64,000 bases of DNA from assembly GCF_036321535.1 (NCBI RefSeq), contig NC_087472.1:102612001-102676000 (forward strand). Direction: 5' to 3'. Source of the stretch: Camelus dromedarius (lineage: Eukaryota). The notes beneath the pieces are model-generated. The model ran no database searches, was not told the DNA's origin, and was given only the letters and a program-made list of their open reading frames with translations. Shown here in pieces: positions 40,199-52,472 of this stretch. The position numbers were made by a program, and so were the translations under genes. Position 1 is the first letter of the stretch. Each line of letters begins with the position of its first letter.

Positions 40199-40680
40199 TG
40201 TTGGTAGACTGCATAAATGGCCACAGATTATTTACCCCTCCACATCCATGCCTTTGGCAAGTCCCCTCCCACACTGACTCTGGGCTTGGCCATGTGATTT
40301 GCTTTGGCAAATAGGTCAATAGCAAATGTGATGTAAGCAGAGGCCCAGAAAGTTCTTGCTCATTGGAACTTACCCATTCTCGAGACTCTTGGGACTCTGT
40401 ACTGCTACTGCATGAGGCAGCCCAGGCTAGACTGGGCTGATCAGAGACCTGTGGCCCATGGGCTCCTGTTGCCCTCCCTGCCAGCCAGCCAACTTCCAGA
40501 AGCAGAGATGCCTAGCAGATCAGCTGTTAACTGACATGACTCAGCTAAGCATGGCAGAAGACCAACAAAGTAAGGCCCAGCCCAAATGCCTACCCACAGA
40601 ATTGTGAGTGAAATGGATAGTTGTGGTTTTTAGGTACCTAAGTTTTGGGGTAGTTTGTTATACAGCAAGCTAACTGGTAT
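40199..40680 (+). mobile_element. MaLR LTR (old MLT1, H-like)
   Basis: Contains ctgggcttggccatgtgatttgctttggc and taagttttggggtagtttgttatacagcaa. Confidence 0.75.
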
Positions 40681-40839
40681 AGAAACATAGATGAATAAGA
40701 CATAGTTTTCGCCTTCAGGATTCCTCAGTCTAATAGACTACTGATTTCTCCCAAGGGGGAGTCTGCTTGTGTAGTTGGATTCTTAGAGCCATGGTAGATG
40801 GTAATACCAGTCACTCACATCCTTTCCCCCTGGAATACT

Positions 40840-41068
40840 AGTTAAAAGCATGAACTCCGACGCCCAAGTACTTGGGTTCCAGTCCCAGTTCCATCACTTA
40901 CTAGCTGTGTGACCCTGAGTAGATTGCTTAATCTTTGTGCCTCTATTTCCTCATTTGTGAAAAGGAGTGAAATAATATTACCTAGCTCCTAGTGTTGTCA
41001 AGAGGATAATGTATACAGAGTTCTTCTAACAGGAACCTACTACTTAGTGTTTTGAAAGTGTTAGCTGT
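40840..41068 (+). mobile_element. MIR SINE
   Basis: Contains tgggttccagtcccagttccatcacttactagctgtgtgacc...cctctatttcctcatttgt. Confidence 0.8.
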
Positions 41069-43114
41069 GTATGGTTGGTCTAAAATAGAATCAGCATTAA
41101 AGTTTTTTTTTTCTTCTTTCTCTCTCTCTCTCTCTTTTTTTAATAACAGTATGTTTTTTGTGAAAAATTGGAAAAAAAAAAAACCAGGAAAAATACAAAG
41201 ATGAGAACAAACATCATCCCTTAGATTTTGTGCTGAGTTGGCAATAACACACTTGACTTTAAATCAAGCTACTATGGTCAGCTGTTGGAGAAGGATCATT
41301 CAAGACACCCAGGGAATAAATGTATGGAGCACTGAGCCAGGTGGTGCCCTTTATATAGACTTTATTCCGTGTACATTTCTCCAGTTGGATTGAAGGGGAT
41401 CAAGGAGTTCTTTGTTCTACAGCAACTGGGGGATAATTTGCAGATCCCAATGGACTAACTGAAACATTAGGGCAAAGTGCAAAGGAAAACCAGCAAGGAA
41501 GGCACTGGTTAGTAACTCTGGACTTGTGGAGCAGTTTTTAACTAAAGAGCACCTTCTCATATGCTGCCTCTTTTGATGTGTAGGGCTGCTCAGTACGTTC
41601 GAACGGGCAGTTGTTATTAAACCTGCTTTTGCAGAAGCAGGAGCCGCACTACTACTGTAGAGTGCTACTGTAGTTCCCTGGGGTCACACGGGTGGTGATG
41701 GGTGGAACTGGGCTCATGCTCAGGGACTCTGACCTAAAATCCAGTGCTTTCCTCGCCTCCCTATAATATCTCACACAATTCAGAAACAGTGCGTGCTGAG
41801 TGGGGAAGACTTGGGGCCAACACTCTTTTCAGGGGTTTCCAAAGAAGTTAGTATGATGTCATTAGGACCAGAAAGCTAAGAATCAGAACACAGTATGGTT
41901 TCTAAGATATTCTGAAGCCTGCAGGGTTACTGCTGACCAAACTGTGGGCCAACAAATAAGAGTTGGTGAGACTGGAAAGCCTTCTCCAAATTCTGTTCTT
42001 GGCAGGCTTTGAAGTCCATGTAAATGAACTGGGTATTTTAAGTGCAGGTACGAGTAGGGGAGACCAGGTCGGGTGAAGTGCGAATCCAAGGGCAGGAATC
42101 ACAACTGAGAACACTGTGGTTATTTGTTGTGTTTCTATCAGCAACACTCATGTGTTCAAAAGACCCAAAGCCACACCTGTCAGAATAAGGAAACTTTAAC
42201 TGGGACCCAAATCTTAGGCTTAATTTTGCAGTAGTACAGGGAATTACGAAGTTAAAATGCAACGTGTTTGTCCCATAAGCAGCAATTAAGTGGCTTTATG
42301 TGCCAGGTGTAGTGTTGCGTATGGGTGATAAAAGCTTGGGTAAGGCAGCACCCTCAGGGACTTCCGAGTCTGAGGAGAGGAGGACATTTAGAGAGAAAAG
42401 TGCACTGAAGCACGTAGGCCTTTAACAGGAGGAGGTACAGAGAACAATGGGGTGTGACAGAGAAAATATGTGTTTGGTTTGAAGGTTTGGAAGAGGTTAG
42501 GAAGACCTTCACAGAGGGATTATCTTCGAGCTAAGTTTTTTCCCCCAGTTTTATTGAGAAATTGACATAGATACATCACTCTTTAAGTTTAAGCCATACA
42601 GCGTGATGGTTTGATTTACCTATATTGTGAAATTGTTTTTTTAAAAACAGCTTTTTGGGGGTTTAATTTACATACCATACTATAAAATCCACTTGTTTTA
42701 AGTGTACAATTCGATGAATTTTAGTCAGTTTACAGAATCATGCAGTTATCACCAGAATCCATCACTCTAGGTGATCATGACTCGACTTTCTGAAGTTCTA
42801 CAAAATCAGTAGGTGCCCAGCTGTTAGGGATGAAGAAGGTTTAGGAAGGGAGGGCAGAGAGGCATGGATGGATACGGTGTGTTTGGGGAAATGCCAGCAG
42901 TTTCATCAGGCTGGGGCCAGGGTTTGTGGCGGGTGGAGCTTGGGCGGCGGGGAGGGCAGTTTGGGGAGGGCAGTGGGCAACTTTCTGAAAAGTAAGTTTG
43001 GAGCAGCCTGCAGGGCCCTGACCATGGAAGGCCTCATGTTTCCTACTCAAGAACTAGGAGGCTTGCTTTATTGAATCATTTTTAAATTTTATTTTCACCG
43101 GAGGTCTTCACATT

Positions 43115-43440
43115 TTTAAACTGAGATATAATTTATATATAACATACACTGATTTTAAGTGCACAGTTTGATGAATTTTGACACATGTACACCTGTGTAA
43201 CTGCTGTGCGGCTTAGCGTACAGAACGTCTCCATCTCAACAGAATGTTGAGAGTTCCCTGATACCCCTTCCCAGTCAATTACTGCCCCCCTGCTTCCCCA
43301 GGAAAACACTGTTCCAATTTCTAGTTCTAGCTGTTCTGCAACTTCATAAATGGAACCATATAGTATGTATTCAGTGGTTTCTGGCTTCTTTTGTAATGTT
43401 CATCCATGTTGTTGAGTATGTTTTATTGCTGAATAGGATT
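43115..43440 (-). mobile_element. Old L1M 3' end fragment
   Basis: Contains gagatataatttatat...ttttaagtgcacagtttgatgaattttgaca. Confidence 0.75.
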
Positions 43441-44241
43441 TTTAAAAACTCTTGTCTATGGTTTATTTTTTTGAAATTGCCCAAGCAATTCATGCACAAT
43501 TCATTCAACAGCTGTTGGAGCCCCTGCTATGTGTAAGGCATAACAAGGATGCTGGGGCCACAACAGGGAGCGAGGGGTTAATGGTTCCTCACTGTGTGGA
43601 ACTTAGGATCTGGTGAGAGGCAGCTGGGAATGTAAAAGGTAGGAAACATTTAATAGCAGGATGTAAACATTGAAGGTTTTGTTTTGTTTACAAAAAGCTT
43701 TATTGTTTCTGTTTGGTCCAAGGTTTGGGAGAGGGCTCCAGGGTGGTTAAAAAGCTACATGGTGGCTGCAGAGAGAGGCTTCAGGTAAAAGCCCTGACTC
43801 CAGAGGGGCTCCTCAAAGGCTGCTGGGTTCCAGAGGCTCCTAGTTGTGCTTGAGGGTGAGCCTTTCAGAGAGATACTTGCCCAGCCCTGTCTGGGGACCA
43901 GCCAGCCCGCGGAGGTGAGTCAGGTGGTCGCCCATCTTCTTGATGAGTTTCATCTCCTCATCCAGGAAGCCACTCTCCAGAAAGTCACAGAGCTACGGGT
44001 CTATGCGGGCAGGACCCAGGGCAGGCAGATCCAAAAGGGCCTGGTTCAGGTTCTTCTCCAAGAACACAGCGGCTTCTATAGCATCCTGGGTTTTACCCCA
44101 CTCATCTTGGGATAGCTTCTGCACGTTCTGGAAGAGGGTGCCACAGCAGCACTAGTTTTGTATTTTCAAGAGATGCTCAGCCGCGCTCTGTGGAAAAAGT
44201 GGCCCAGGCCCTCAGGGGCCACATCATCACAGTAGAAATAG

Positions 44242-44713
44242 TGTAACTGAGCAGGACACTGTGGGGTCTTCTGGGGTCAGACCTCTCCCCCATATCTTCT
44301 GCTTCAGCCCCTTTCTGAAGTACCTGGATAGTAGTATCTCGTGTATATTTCCTGAGTTTTTCAGATGCTTAAAACCACTACTAAAGGGAAGAAATGAACT
44401 TCTTGATGATGGAGAGCATGTAGCCCCAGACCTTTTGGAGCTTAGGAATTGATAGTGTTGACCACCTTGTTCCCTCAACATCAGCCAATCAGAGAATTGT
44501 GCATGAGCTGATCACATACCCTGAGACCCCGCCCCCCCCTTACCTGGACTTTAAATACACTTTGCTGAAACCTTCAGGGAGTTCTGGGCTTTCCTGGGCA
44601 CGAACCATCCCGTCCTCCTTGCTCGGCCCTGTGATAAACCTTTCTTTGCTCCAAACTCATGTTTCAGTTTGGCTTCATGGGGCGGCGGGCACATGAACCT
44701 GCCTTCGGTAGCA
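44242..44713 (+). mobile_element. ERV1-type solo LTR within the FTL retrocopy
   Basis: TG...CA termini and a perfect 4-bp TSD atag (44238-44241, 44714-44717). CCAAT at 44485-44489, GC box at 44527-44536, TATA-like tttaaa at 44550-44555. Confidence 0.92.
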
Positions 44714-44976
44714 ATAGAAGACTGGAGAGAGGTAGGTGTAGGAGGCCTGCAGATGCATGTTGACCAGGCAGTTGACAGTGACCTCCACGTCGGTGGAATA
44801 ATTCTGACAAATCTGGGAGCTCAGGGTTGATTGGCAATAAGGAGCTAAGCTCAAAAAATAGTGCTGGCTGGTCCTGGAGGTGGAGGGTAGTTCAGTGGTT
44901 GGTCCCGAAGGTTGTGACTGGGGAAAAAAAGGTTGGAGGGTGATGGGATGCTGGAGGAAGGGGTGTTCCTGGGTCT

Positions 44977-45004
44977 GTTCTGTCCAAACAGTGTGGAAGC
45001 AAGA
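44977..45004 (-). promoter_or_regulatory. Degenerate iron-responsive element in the retrocopy 5' UTR
   Basis: The minus strand reads TCTTGCTTCCACACTGTTTGGACAGAAC, versus canonical FTL TCTTGCTTCAACAGTGTTTGGACGGAAC. Confidence 0.85.
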
Positions 45005-45059
45005 GACAGATCCCTAGGACCTCCCAGCACACATTTTTTAATTCTTGTGAATATTTTAT

Positions 45060-45895
45060 TTTTCTTCAAGTTAACTTTATTGAGATAGGTATTTTAATGC
45101 CATAAAATCCACTCATTTTATGTGGACAATTCAATAATTTTTAGTAACTTTACACAGTTGTGCCACCATCACCAAGAGCCAGTTTTAGAATATTTCCATT
45201 CCTCCTAAAAGGACCCTGTGCCCACCTGCAGTCTTAATCTCCACGCCCCACCTTAAGCAACCACTTACTTACTTTGTCCCTATAGATTTTTCTTTTTGAG
45301 ACATTTCAGAGAAAGGAAATTATACAATATATGTCTGGCTTTGTTCCCTTAGCAGGATGATTTTGAAGTTTATCCATGTTGTAGCATATCTCAATACTTA
45401 GCTCTTTTTATTGCTGAATGGTATTGCATTGTATGGATAGACCACATTTTGTTTATCCTTTTACCAGTTGGTGGACATTCGGGTTGCTTCTACGAGTCTT
45501 GTATGGACACGTGTCTTGGGTAGACGTATGTCTTCATTCATTTCTCTTGGGTAGATACCTAGAAGTGGAATTGCTGGGTTTTATGGTGACTCTATGTTCA
45601 ATATTTTAAGACACTGTCAGACTATTTTCCAAAGCAGGTGCACCATTTAGACAATTGTACCAACAATACATGAGAGTCCTGGTTTCTTCCCTTTGTCATC
45701 TACACTTGTTATTGTCTGTTTTTTAATGATAGTCATTCTAGTGGATGTGAAGTGTCTCATTTTGGTTTTGATTTGCATTTTCCTAATGACTGTTGAGTAT
45801 CTTTCATGTAATTGTTGGCCATTTGTCTATCTCCTTCGGTGAAAAGTCATTCAAATCTTTTGCCTATTAAAAAATTTGGTTATTTGTCTTCTTTC
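45060..45895 (-). mobile_element. Old L1 (L1MB-like) 3' end
   Basis: Contains ctttattgagata...acctagaagtggaattgctggg...gatttgcatttt. Confidence 0.88.
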
Positions 45896-46029
45896 AAATT
45901 ATTTGTTGGATGAAAACGCAATATGTAAAAAGGACCAGGAAAGTTCAGAGAATTGGATTTTGAATACCTGAAGGTTAAATATGTCTATTGCCTAAGAAGG
46001 CTGAAGAGGTGGGCATAGTCCTGACCTTG

Positions 46030-46165
46030 CAGAGCTGCACTGTCCATTATGGTGTCTCCTAGCCACATGGAGCTGTGGAGCATGTGAAATGTGGCTCGTC
46101 CAACTTGAGTTGCACTGTAAGGGTGAAATGCACACCAGACTTCAAAAACTTAGTATGAAAAACTG
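46030..46165. mobile_element. MER33-like fragment
   Basis: Contains ctgcactgtcca...ctagccacatgg...tgaaatgtggct...cacaccagacttcaaaaacttagta. Confidence 0.7.
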
Positions 46166-48156
46166 AATTGTAGTGGTTGCATTGGTATTGACATCTATCA
46201 AAACTCATCAAATTGTTCATCTCAAATATGTGTAGTTTTTGCATTAAAAATGTTGCTGAGGTACAATTGACATATAACATTATATTAGTTTCAGGTGAAA
46301 TCATAATGATTTGGTATTTGTGTATATTGTGGAATGATTGCCACAGTAAGTCGAGTTAACATTCAAGTCATTGCATTTTAATTAGAAGATGATGCTGGCC
46401 ATTGTGTTGGGAAAAGACTGAAGGGGACGAGGATGGGAGAAGAAAGACCATTTATTTAAAAGATTCTTATTGGTAAGAATTTTCATCATTTCTAACTTTC
46501 TCTAATTTTCAACAGAATAATTGATGTTGTGCAATAATAAAATTATTTAAAGTAAAGAATTAAAAAGGATAGTGTAATTTTACTATGGCCTTTATTTTCT
46601 TAAGATAAATTCCAAGAAGTGCAAGTCTTGGTCAATGAGGACATATGTTATGACTTGATGTGTATCTCCATATTGCCGTCCAGAAAGTTGGACCCAATTT
46701 ATAATGTTGCCAGCTCTGTATTAGAGCGTGTGCCTCCCACCGCTTGTGCCAGCCCTTGGCAGTATTACTCTTTCTTAAACTTAATCAAAGCAAGAGCTCC
46801 AAGTATGCCTTCAATAATTCTCATATAAATTAGTCCATTTTTTTTTCCCCACTAAACACTTCTCCCTAACGTCCCCTAGTTCAGCTACTCCATTAAGCTT
46901 TGGATAAGTTTCATAATTAATCTTTTTTGGTTAGTGCCGACAATTTATTAAGTTTTTGTTGTTCCTAAAGGTGGAAGAACCTTGTCAAACTGGTACATTG
47001 TTTGATTTCTACTTTAATATTTTTTTAAGGAAATTAAATGACAAACCCAAAGTCAAGTTTAGAAAAGGATGCCTGAGTATTTTGGGGGGACTTATTGTTG
47101 GATATTAATCTTTTGACAAAATTTTAATCAAGAATCTCATAATTGCTAAAATCCTAAAGAAAACCCATTACAAGTTAACTTAATAATGAGGGCAAAGTAA
47201 ATTTTACATTTTTTGCTGAAGGTTTTTTCAGAAGCACTTCAAGATTGGACACTAATCCTGGAGTTTTTCAGAATGAGGCCTCTTTTCCAAAGTTTTTTTT
47301 TTTTTTTTTAAGCTGAGAAGCCTTAATAAGCAATCTAGAATCCTTTGTTGGGAGAAAAAACATGGAGGCAAATTGACTACAATATGTTTATAAATGTACA
47401 TGCATATTTTTAAGTAGAAGTTCCATTTCTCATTGTTCCCTGGAGAACCACTGGGTGAAATTAATTTTAAAGTACGGTGGCGAGGCCCCTCAAAGGTTAA
47501 GTTAAATTGAGAAGTACTACTGCAATTTGATTATGTTTTCATCTTTTTGGATTAGTCATCTAATATAGATTGAAGTCCTATTTTCATACATCTGTATAGG
47601 TCACCTAAAAGGCTCGTTCAAAATTCTAAATTTTTCCCTCATGAATAATTTCTTTCAAAATGTAACCTTTCTCGTCTATGGACATAATAGAGGTGTTTAT
47701 ATAGAAATAGCAAAGGAAAGTGGATTCTATTTTGTGACATACTGAGTTGTAGAATAGAACTATGCTTCCGTACTCAGCAGCTGACCTTTTCTTTTTCTCA
47801 GCGTGGAGGTTAAGAAGAGGTTGACCTGCTCTTGTCATTATGTGGGAGGGAGAGAAGCCGGGCTCCCAGACGGAATAGACAAAGAGGTGACCACAGGCTC
47901 CGTGAGGTTCAGAGCTAGTCAACAACCAAAAAAAAATTTCTGTCACAAACCTACCCCTGATGTCTCAAGTTTCTGATATTAATCCATTACTTATGTTTAA
48001 TTGCTCTTGACTGATTCTTCCAGAATTTTCTTCCTCCCTTCTCCATTCTTCCAGCTTTGCAACTCATGGCATCAGACTTTACCACCTTCTACTCTGTGTT
48101 GGCGTGATCTTCTCCAGATCTGTGGGTCACTCTTCTTCCTTGACAAAATGTATCTT

Positions 48157-48515
48157 TTTTCTATCGTCAATTGATTAATTAAATTTTTTTTTGTTGAAGT
48201 GTAGTTGGTTTACAATGTTGTGTTTCTGATGTACAGCAAAGTGATTCAGTTATAGATATATTCTTTTTCAGAATTTTTTCCATTACAGGTTATTACAAGG
48301 TACTGAATATAGTTCCCTGTGCTGTACAGTAGGACCTTGTTGTTGATCTATTTTATATATATAGTAGCTAGTATCTGCAAATCCCAAACTCCTAATTTAT
48401 TGCTCCCTTCCCTGCTTTCCCCCTGGTAACCATAAATTTGTTTTCTATGTCTGTGAGTCTGTTTCTGCTTTGTAAATAAGTTCAGCTTCCATGTATAAAT
48501 GACATCATACGGTAC
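48157..48515 (-). mobile_element. 5'-truncated artiodactyl L1 3' end
   Basis: Contains ttgaagtgtagttggtttacaatgttgtg...gaatatagttccctgtgctgtacagtagg. TSD tgacaaaaNNtatctt at 48141-48156 and 48531-48546. Confidence 0.88.
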
Positions 48516-48602
48516 CTGACAAAACATACCTGACAAAACATATCTTCAGGCTTTCTGTCACTCTTTGCAGCACTATTCCTGCATAACCCTTGGTGATTTA
48601 AG

Positions 48603-48685
48603 TACAGTTGATTCTCATTATTTGTGGTAGTGATGTTCTCTAAAGTAACCATGAACACTGAATTAGTGAACACTGAAACATTGCT
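48603..48685. mobile_element. Tigger-family (MER82-like) terminal fragment
   Basis: TA followed by cagttgattctcattattt...gaacactgaattag...actgaa. Confidence 0.7.
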
Positions 48686-49195
48686 GTGTCCTTCCTATCT
48701 GCCTGGGCCCGGGAAAGCAAGTAGTTGGCTTTTGATGTCTGTGGGGAGGGAGCCCTGCTTGTGCCCAAGATTCAAACAATGACAGATTCCTCAGATTTAG
48801 AATGGCGATAGATATAATGACACTGGGATCGCAACTCTGAGGAAAGGGTTTATTTCAGCACTGGGCTGATCCAGGCCTGCCTGTGAGAATGACTTCAGCA
48901 TCCTGTTTCTCCGCAGAATGCAGTGATCAGTGAATGTGGAATGTTCTGTCTGTCCCTTTTGTTCTGAAGCCTTGGTCTGTGGGATCACTCCTGGAGTGGG
49001 GCTGCTGGGGGCTGACGTGCCAGTTTGGGGCCTGTGTCACTGGAACCACATGAAAGATTGTTGGGAAGCTGATGGCCCGGCTTCTCTGTGTCAGTGTGAC
49101 CTGTTCACACCTTGAATGTCATTCTGTGGCAGTCTTGCACTTCCTGTGTGGGTATGGTGGCCAAAGGAGCCATGTACTTGGGTATCTGTTGAGTG

Positions 49196-49707
49196 TGGTA
49201 TGAGTTTCCTATCACTGCTGTAACAAATGACCACAAACATAGTGACTTCAAACAACATAAACGTATTACTTTACAGTTTCGTAGGATAAAAGTCTGACAC
49301 AGATCTCATGGAGCTAGAACCAAGATGGTGGCAAGTCTGCATTCCTTTCTGGAGGTTCTAGGGGAGAATCCATTTCCTGGCCCTTTTCCAGATTCTGGAG
49401 GCTGCCTACATCCCTTGGCTTGTGGTCCCTCCCTCCATCTTTAAAATCCACAACTGTGCATTAAGTCCTTCTCACATTGCATGACTCTAATCTCTTCTGC
49501 ATCCCTCTTGCACTTTTTAGGACTCCGGTGATTTCTTTTGGCCGATCCAAACAATCCAGAATAATCTTCAATTTTAATGTCAGCCGATTATCAAACTTAA
49601 TTCCATCTACAATTTAATTCTCTTTTCCCATTTAACATTAACATATTCACAGGTTCTGGGGATTAGGATGTGGACATCTTTGGGGGACCACAGTTCTGCT
49701 TACCACA
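49196..49707 (-). mobile_element. MaLR LTR (MLT1C/D-like)
   Basis: Runs from ctgctgtaacaaatgaccacaaac to ggggattaggatgtggacatctttgggg...taccaca. Confidence 0.88.
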
Positions 49708-50141
49708 GGTTCCTGATAACTATAGATACTGTTTCCTGTCCTCTAGTCTTCTACAAAGCAATGTAAATGGAGACAAAAGCCTGCAACGTGTCTTGAATCG
49801 GATTGCCAGCTAGAATCTGCAACCACTACTGTGTCAGTGTACATTAGAACACAACTCTGAAAGGGTGGATTTTTTACTGGGAGCACTTTCACATGTTCAA
49901 GCACAATTTATTATTGTCTCTATGGGAGTCTACTGTTTTTGTGAAAATTGACTAATATCTTAATTGTGTAGCTCCCAGGATATCTTTCCTTTCCAAAACT
50001 TTTGAAAATAATCCTAAGACAGGATGCTGGGCAGTGGGTTTCTGGGACTCTGGTAACTATTCAAATCTCCAAAGCTTTAAGACTTTCCTTGGCCAATAGA
50101 AAGAATGGAAAGCTACTGTTTTCTTTTAGAGGAAAAGTGTT

Positions 50142-50176
50142 AAAACAAAACAAAACAAAACAAAACAAAACAAAAC
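50142..50176. repeat. (AAAAC)n pentanucleotide repeat
   Basis: About 7 units, read directly from the sequence. Confidence 0.95.
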
Positions 50177-50304
50177 CTGTGTGATACAAATGTTAAATGA
50201 AGCCAATATACTTGGCTGTGCTACTGTAAAATGATTTTCATCATTGCATTCGTTGTTTCAACCAGATCTTTGGCTCCAAATACGCTGTTGTTGTTAAAAA
50301 AAAA

Positions 50305-50349
50305 ATATATGTGTGTATATATATATATATGTATATATATGTGTGTGTG

Positions 50350-50384
<35 letters not shown>
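50305..50384. repeat. Compound (TA)n/(TG)n microsatellite
   Basis: Read directly from the sequence. Confidence 0.95.
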
Positions 50385-52019
50385 TTGCTGTCAGGGTAAT
50401 CAAAATGGCTTCAAAAGCTTTCCTTGAATATGGAATTGAAATAAAATAATAAAATATGCTATTAAATGCCAGATTCTAGAGAAGGAAGATACCAGATAAG
50501 GGCAGGTTTTGCTTTTTTTTAAAAAAGTCAGTTTTCTTAAATGCTTTGCTTAGATATAATTTTGATATTCCTGACATAGTCAATTTCAGAGTCAAGTGGT
50601 TTTCAATCCAGAATTGGATTTGGGATGATGTAATTAAACATACAAAGTACAGAACCATATTTCATTTATTGAAGTTATCTTTTGATGCCACAGTTTCTGT
50701 TGTGTAACGAGATTTTTATAATGTTGGATTGCATAGGCAGAGAGAGAAAATAATGGCTACAGGTTTTATTCTTTAAAATTTTGATCCTACAGATTTGCAT
50801 TTCTAAACCACCGCAAGCTACAGATGTCTGTCAGCTACGCAATCCTATGATTGTATCACAGAATAAAAATGTTGATGTTGTGGCTGACACAAATCTGAAA
50901 GAGAGGATCACATTTTGAAGAGGACTCGCTGAGTGGTCAAAGGGTTAGGCAAAAAATTGTTCTGAAGAAGTTTGTATTTTAAAGCATTACCTAGCGTAGT
51001 CATGGTTAAAAAAACTAAAACAACCCAAGATCATAAGGCCAAATCTTTTTAGAGACATTGTGTGGATAAAAGTTCCAAGTTGGCTGTTGTGTGAGTTTAC
51101 TGATCCATCCTGGCGAACAACACTTTGTTGAGCACCACTTTATCAGAAGTTAATTATAGAAGAATTGATGAAGTTGGAAATGATACCATTCTGCATTACC
51201 TGATCACTCAGACTTAGGGAAAACTTCAGGGAAAAAGTGAATTGATTGACTCACTCATGTCCAGGGTCTGGGTCTTGCCACCATTCATTCTGACCTTTGT
51301 GGGTTGATCACTGTATCATGCACTGGCAGGGTGTTAAGATAAAGCAGACGTCATTTAGCAAATTGCAAACGGGGATCAATCCATTGGAGAGAGGATAGGG
51401 GTGTGGGAAGAGGGCGGGTAGACTAGGAAAAAAGGGGCTAGACAAAGTTGTGAGGTGACTGAAATTTACCATCAGCATTGCATGTGCCTACTATCTGTTG
51501 GTAGCTGTCTCCTTGAATTTCCAGGACATTCTACAGCTCTGTAACTAGTGCAAGACCACTTCCCTTCTAGCCCCACTCCCATTCTCCACTGGGGGACCTT
51601 GGCTTTCTCTGTCTCTAGTCTCTGGACTCAACCTTTCTGATACGTCTCATCTCCATGTCTTATGTCTCACTCTATTGTGGCAGAGTCCTCTTTTCAGGGC
51701 CGTCTTTCCACTTGATTAACCAGCTAATGGAGATACATAAAAGGAGACATTCTCCTTGGAGGCTACACGGCATCGCTAGTGGCTCTAATGGAATTTAGCA
51801 GATAGGCAGGGCTTTCACTGCCACACATGCACACCCTGTAAGTGGTTGCCTCTTAGTCTTCTGGGTATAAGCTTTGCCAAAATACTGCTCCCAGTTCAGG
51901 AACAGCCAATAAATGTTTCTTGCCCAAGTTCCTCTACAGTAAATAGTAGGAAGAGTGCAGGAAGCTTCATCTCCAGGTGTCCTTTGCAGTAGGGGACAGT
52001 GACTTCAGATACAACGACA

Positions 52020-52472
52020 GTAGAGCAGATTGCAAAAAAATGGCCTCAGTACTTTTTCAGCTCCTCTCATCAAGAGATGGAGTCTGTTTCCCCATCCTTG
52101 AAACTGAGTCTGGCCTTGGGACTGACTTTGACCAGGGATATCAAGTGAGTTCCAAACCTAGGCATCAACAAGCCATGCAGCTTCTGCTTTTGTTTGTCTT
52201 GGGACCCTGTGACCATTGTGTGAAGGAACCCAGGCAATCCTGCTGAATGATGACAGACACTTGGCTCTGTTGCTCCAGCCAGCCAACCGCCAGACATCTG
52301 AGTGAGACCACCTTCAATTACCCAGCCACCAGCTGTCCGCCAGCTGGCTCTAGACGTGAACAGAAATTCAGCAGGAATCTGCTGAGCCAGCCCCGAACAG
52401 AATAACCAGCCAACTCCCAGAATCAGGAGCTAAATAAATGGTAGTTGTTTTAATCCACTAGGAACTGATACT
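52020..52472 (+). mobile_element. Old MLT1 LTR related to 40199-40680
   Basis: Contains gcagattgcaaaaaaatggcc...ggccttgggactgactttgacca...taaatggtagttgttttaa. Confidence 0.72.

Larger units (their letters stand above)
43676..45030 (-). pseudogene. FTL: Processed ferritin light chain pseudogene interrupted by a solo LTR
   Basis: Intronless. The minus-strand translation gives [13 protein letters not shown]...[13 protein letters not shown] / [27 protein letters not shown]...[24 protein letters not shown]...[10 protein letters not shown]. Stop at 43840-43842, AATAAA at 43699-43704, decayed poly-A, and a 5' UTR with IRE. The ATG is changed to CTG (44822-44824), there are premature TAGs at 44152-44154 and 43993-43995, and an internal deletion near 44185. 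Confidence 0.96.

Noticed and set aside
43846..44155. Plus-strand ORFs of 89 and 71 aa
   Set aside because: Antisense shadows of the FTL pseudogene coding region.
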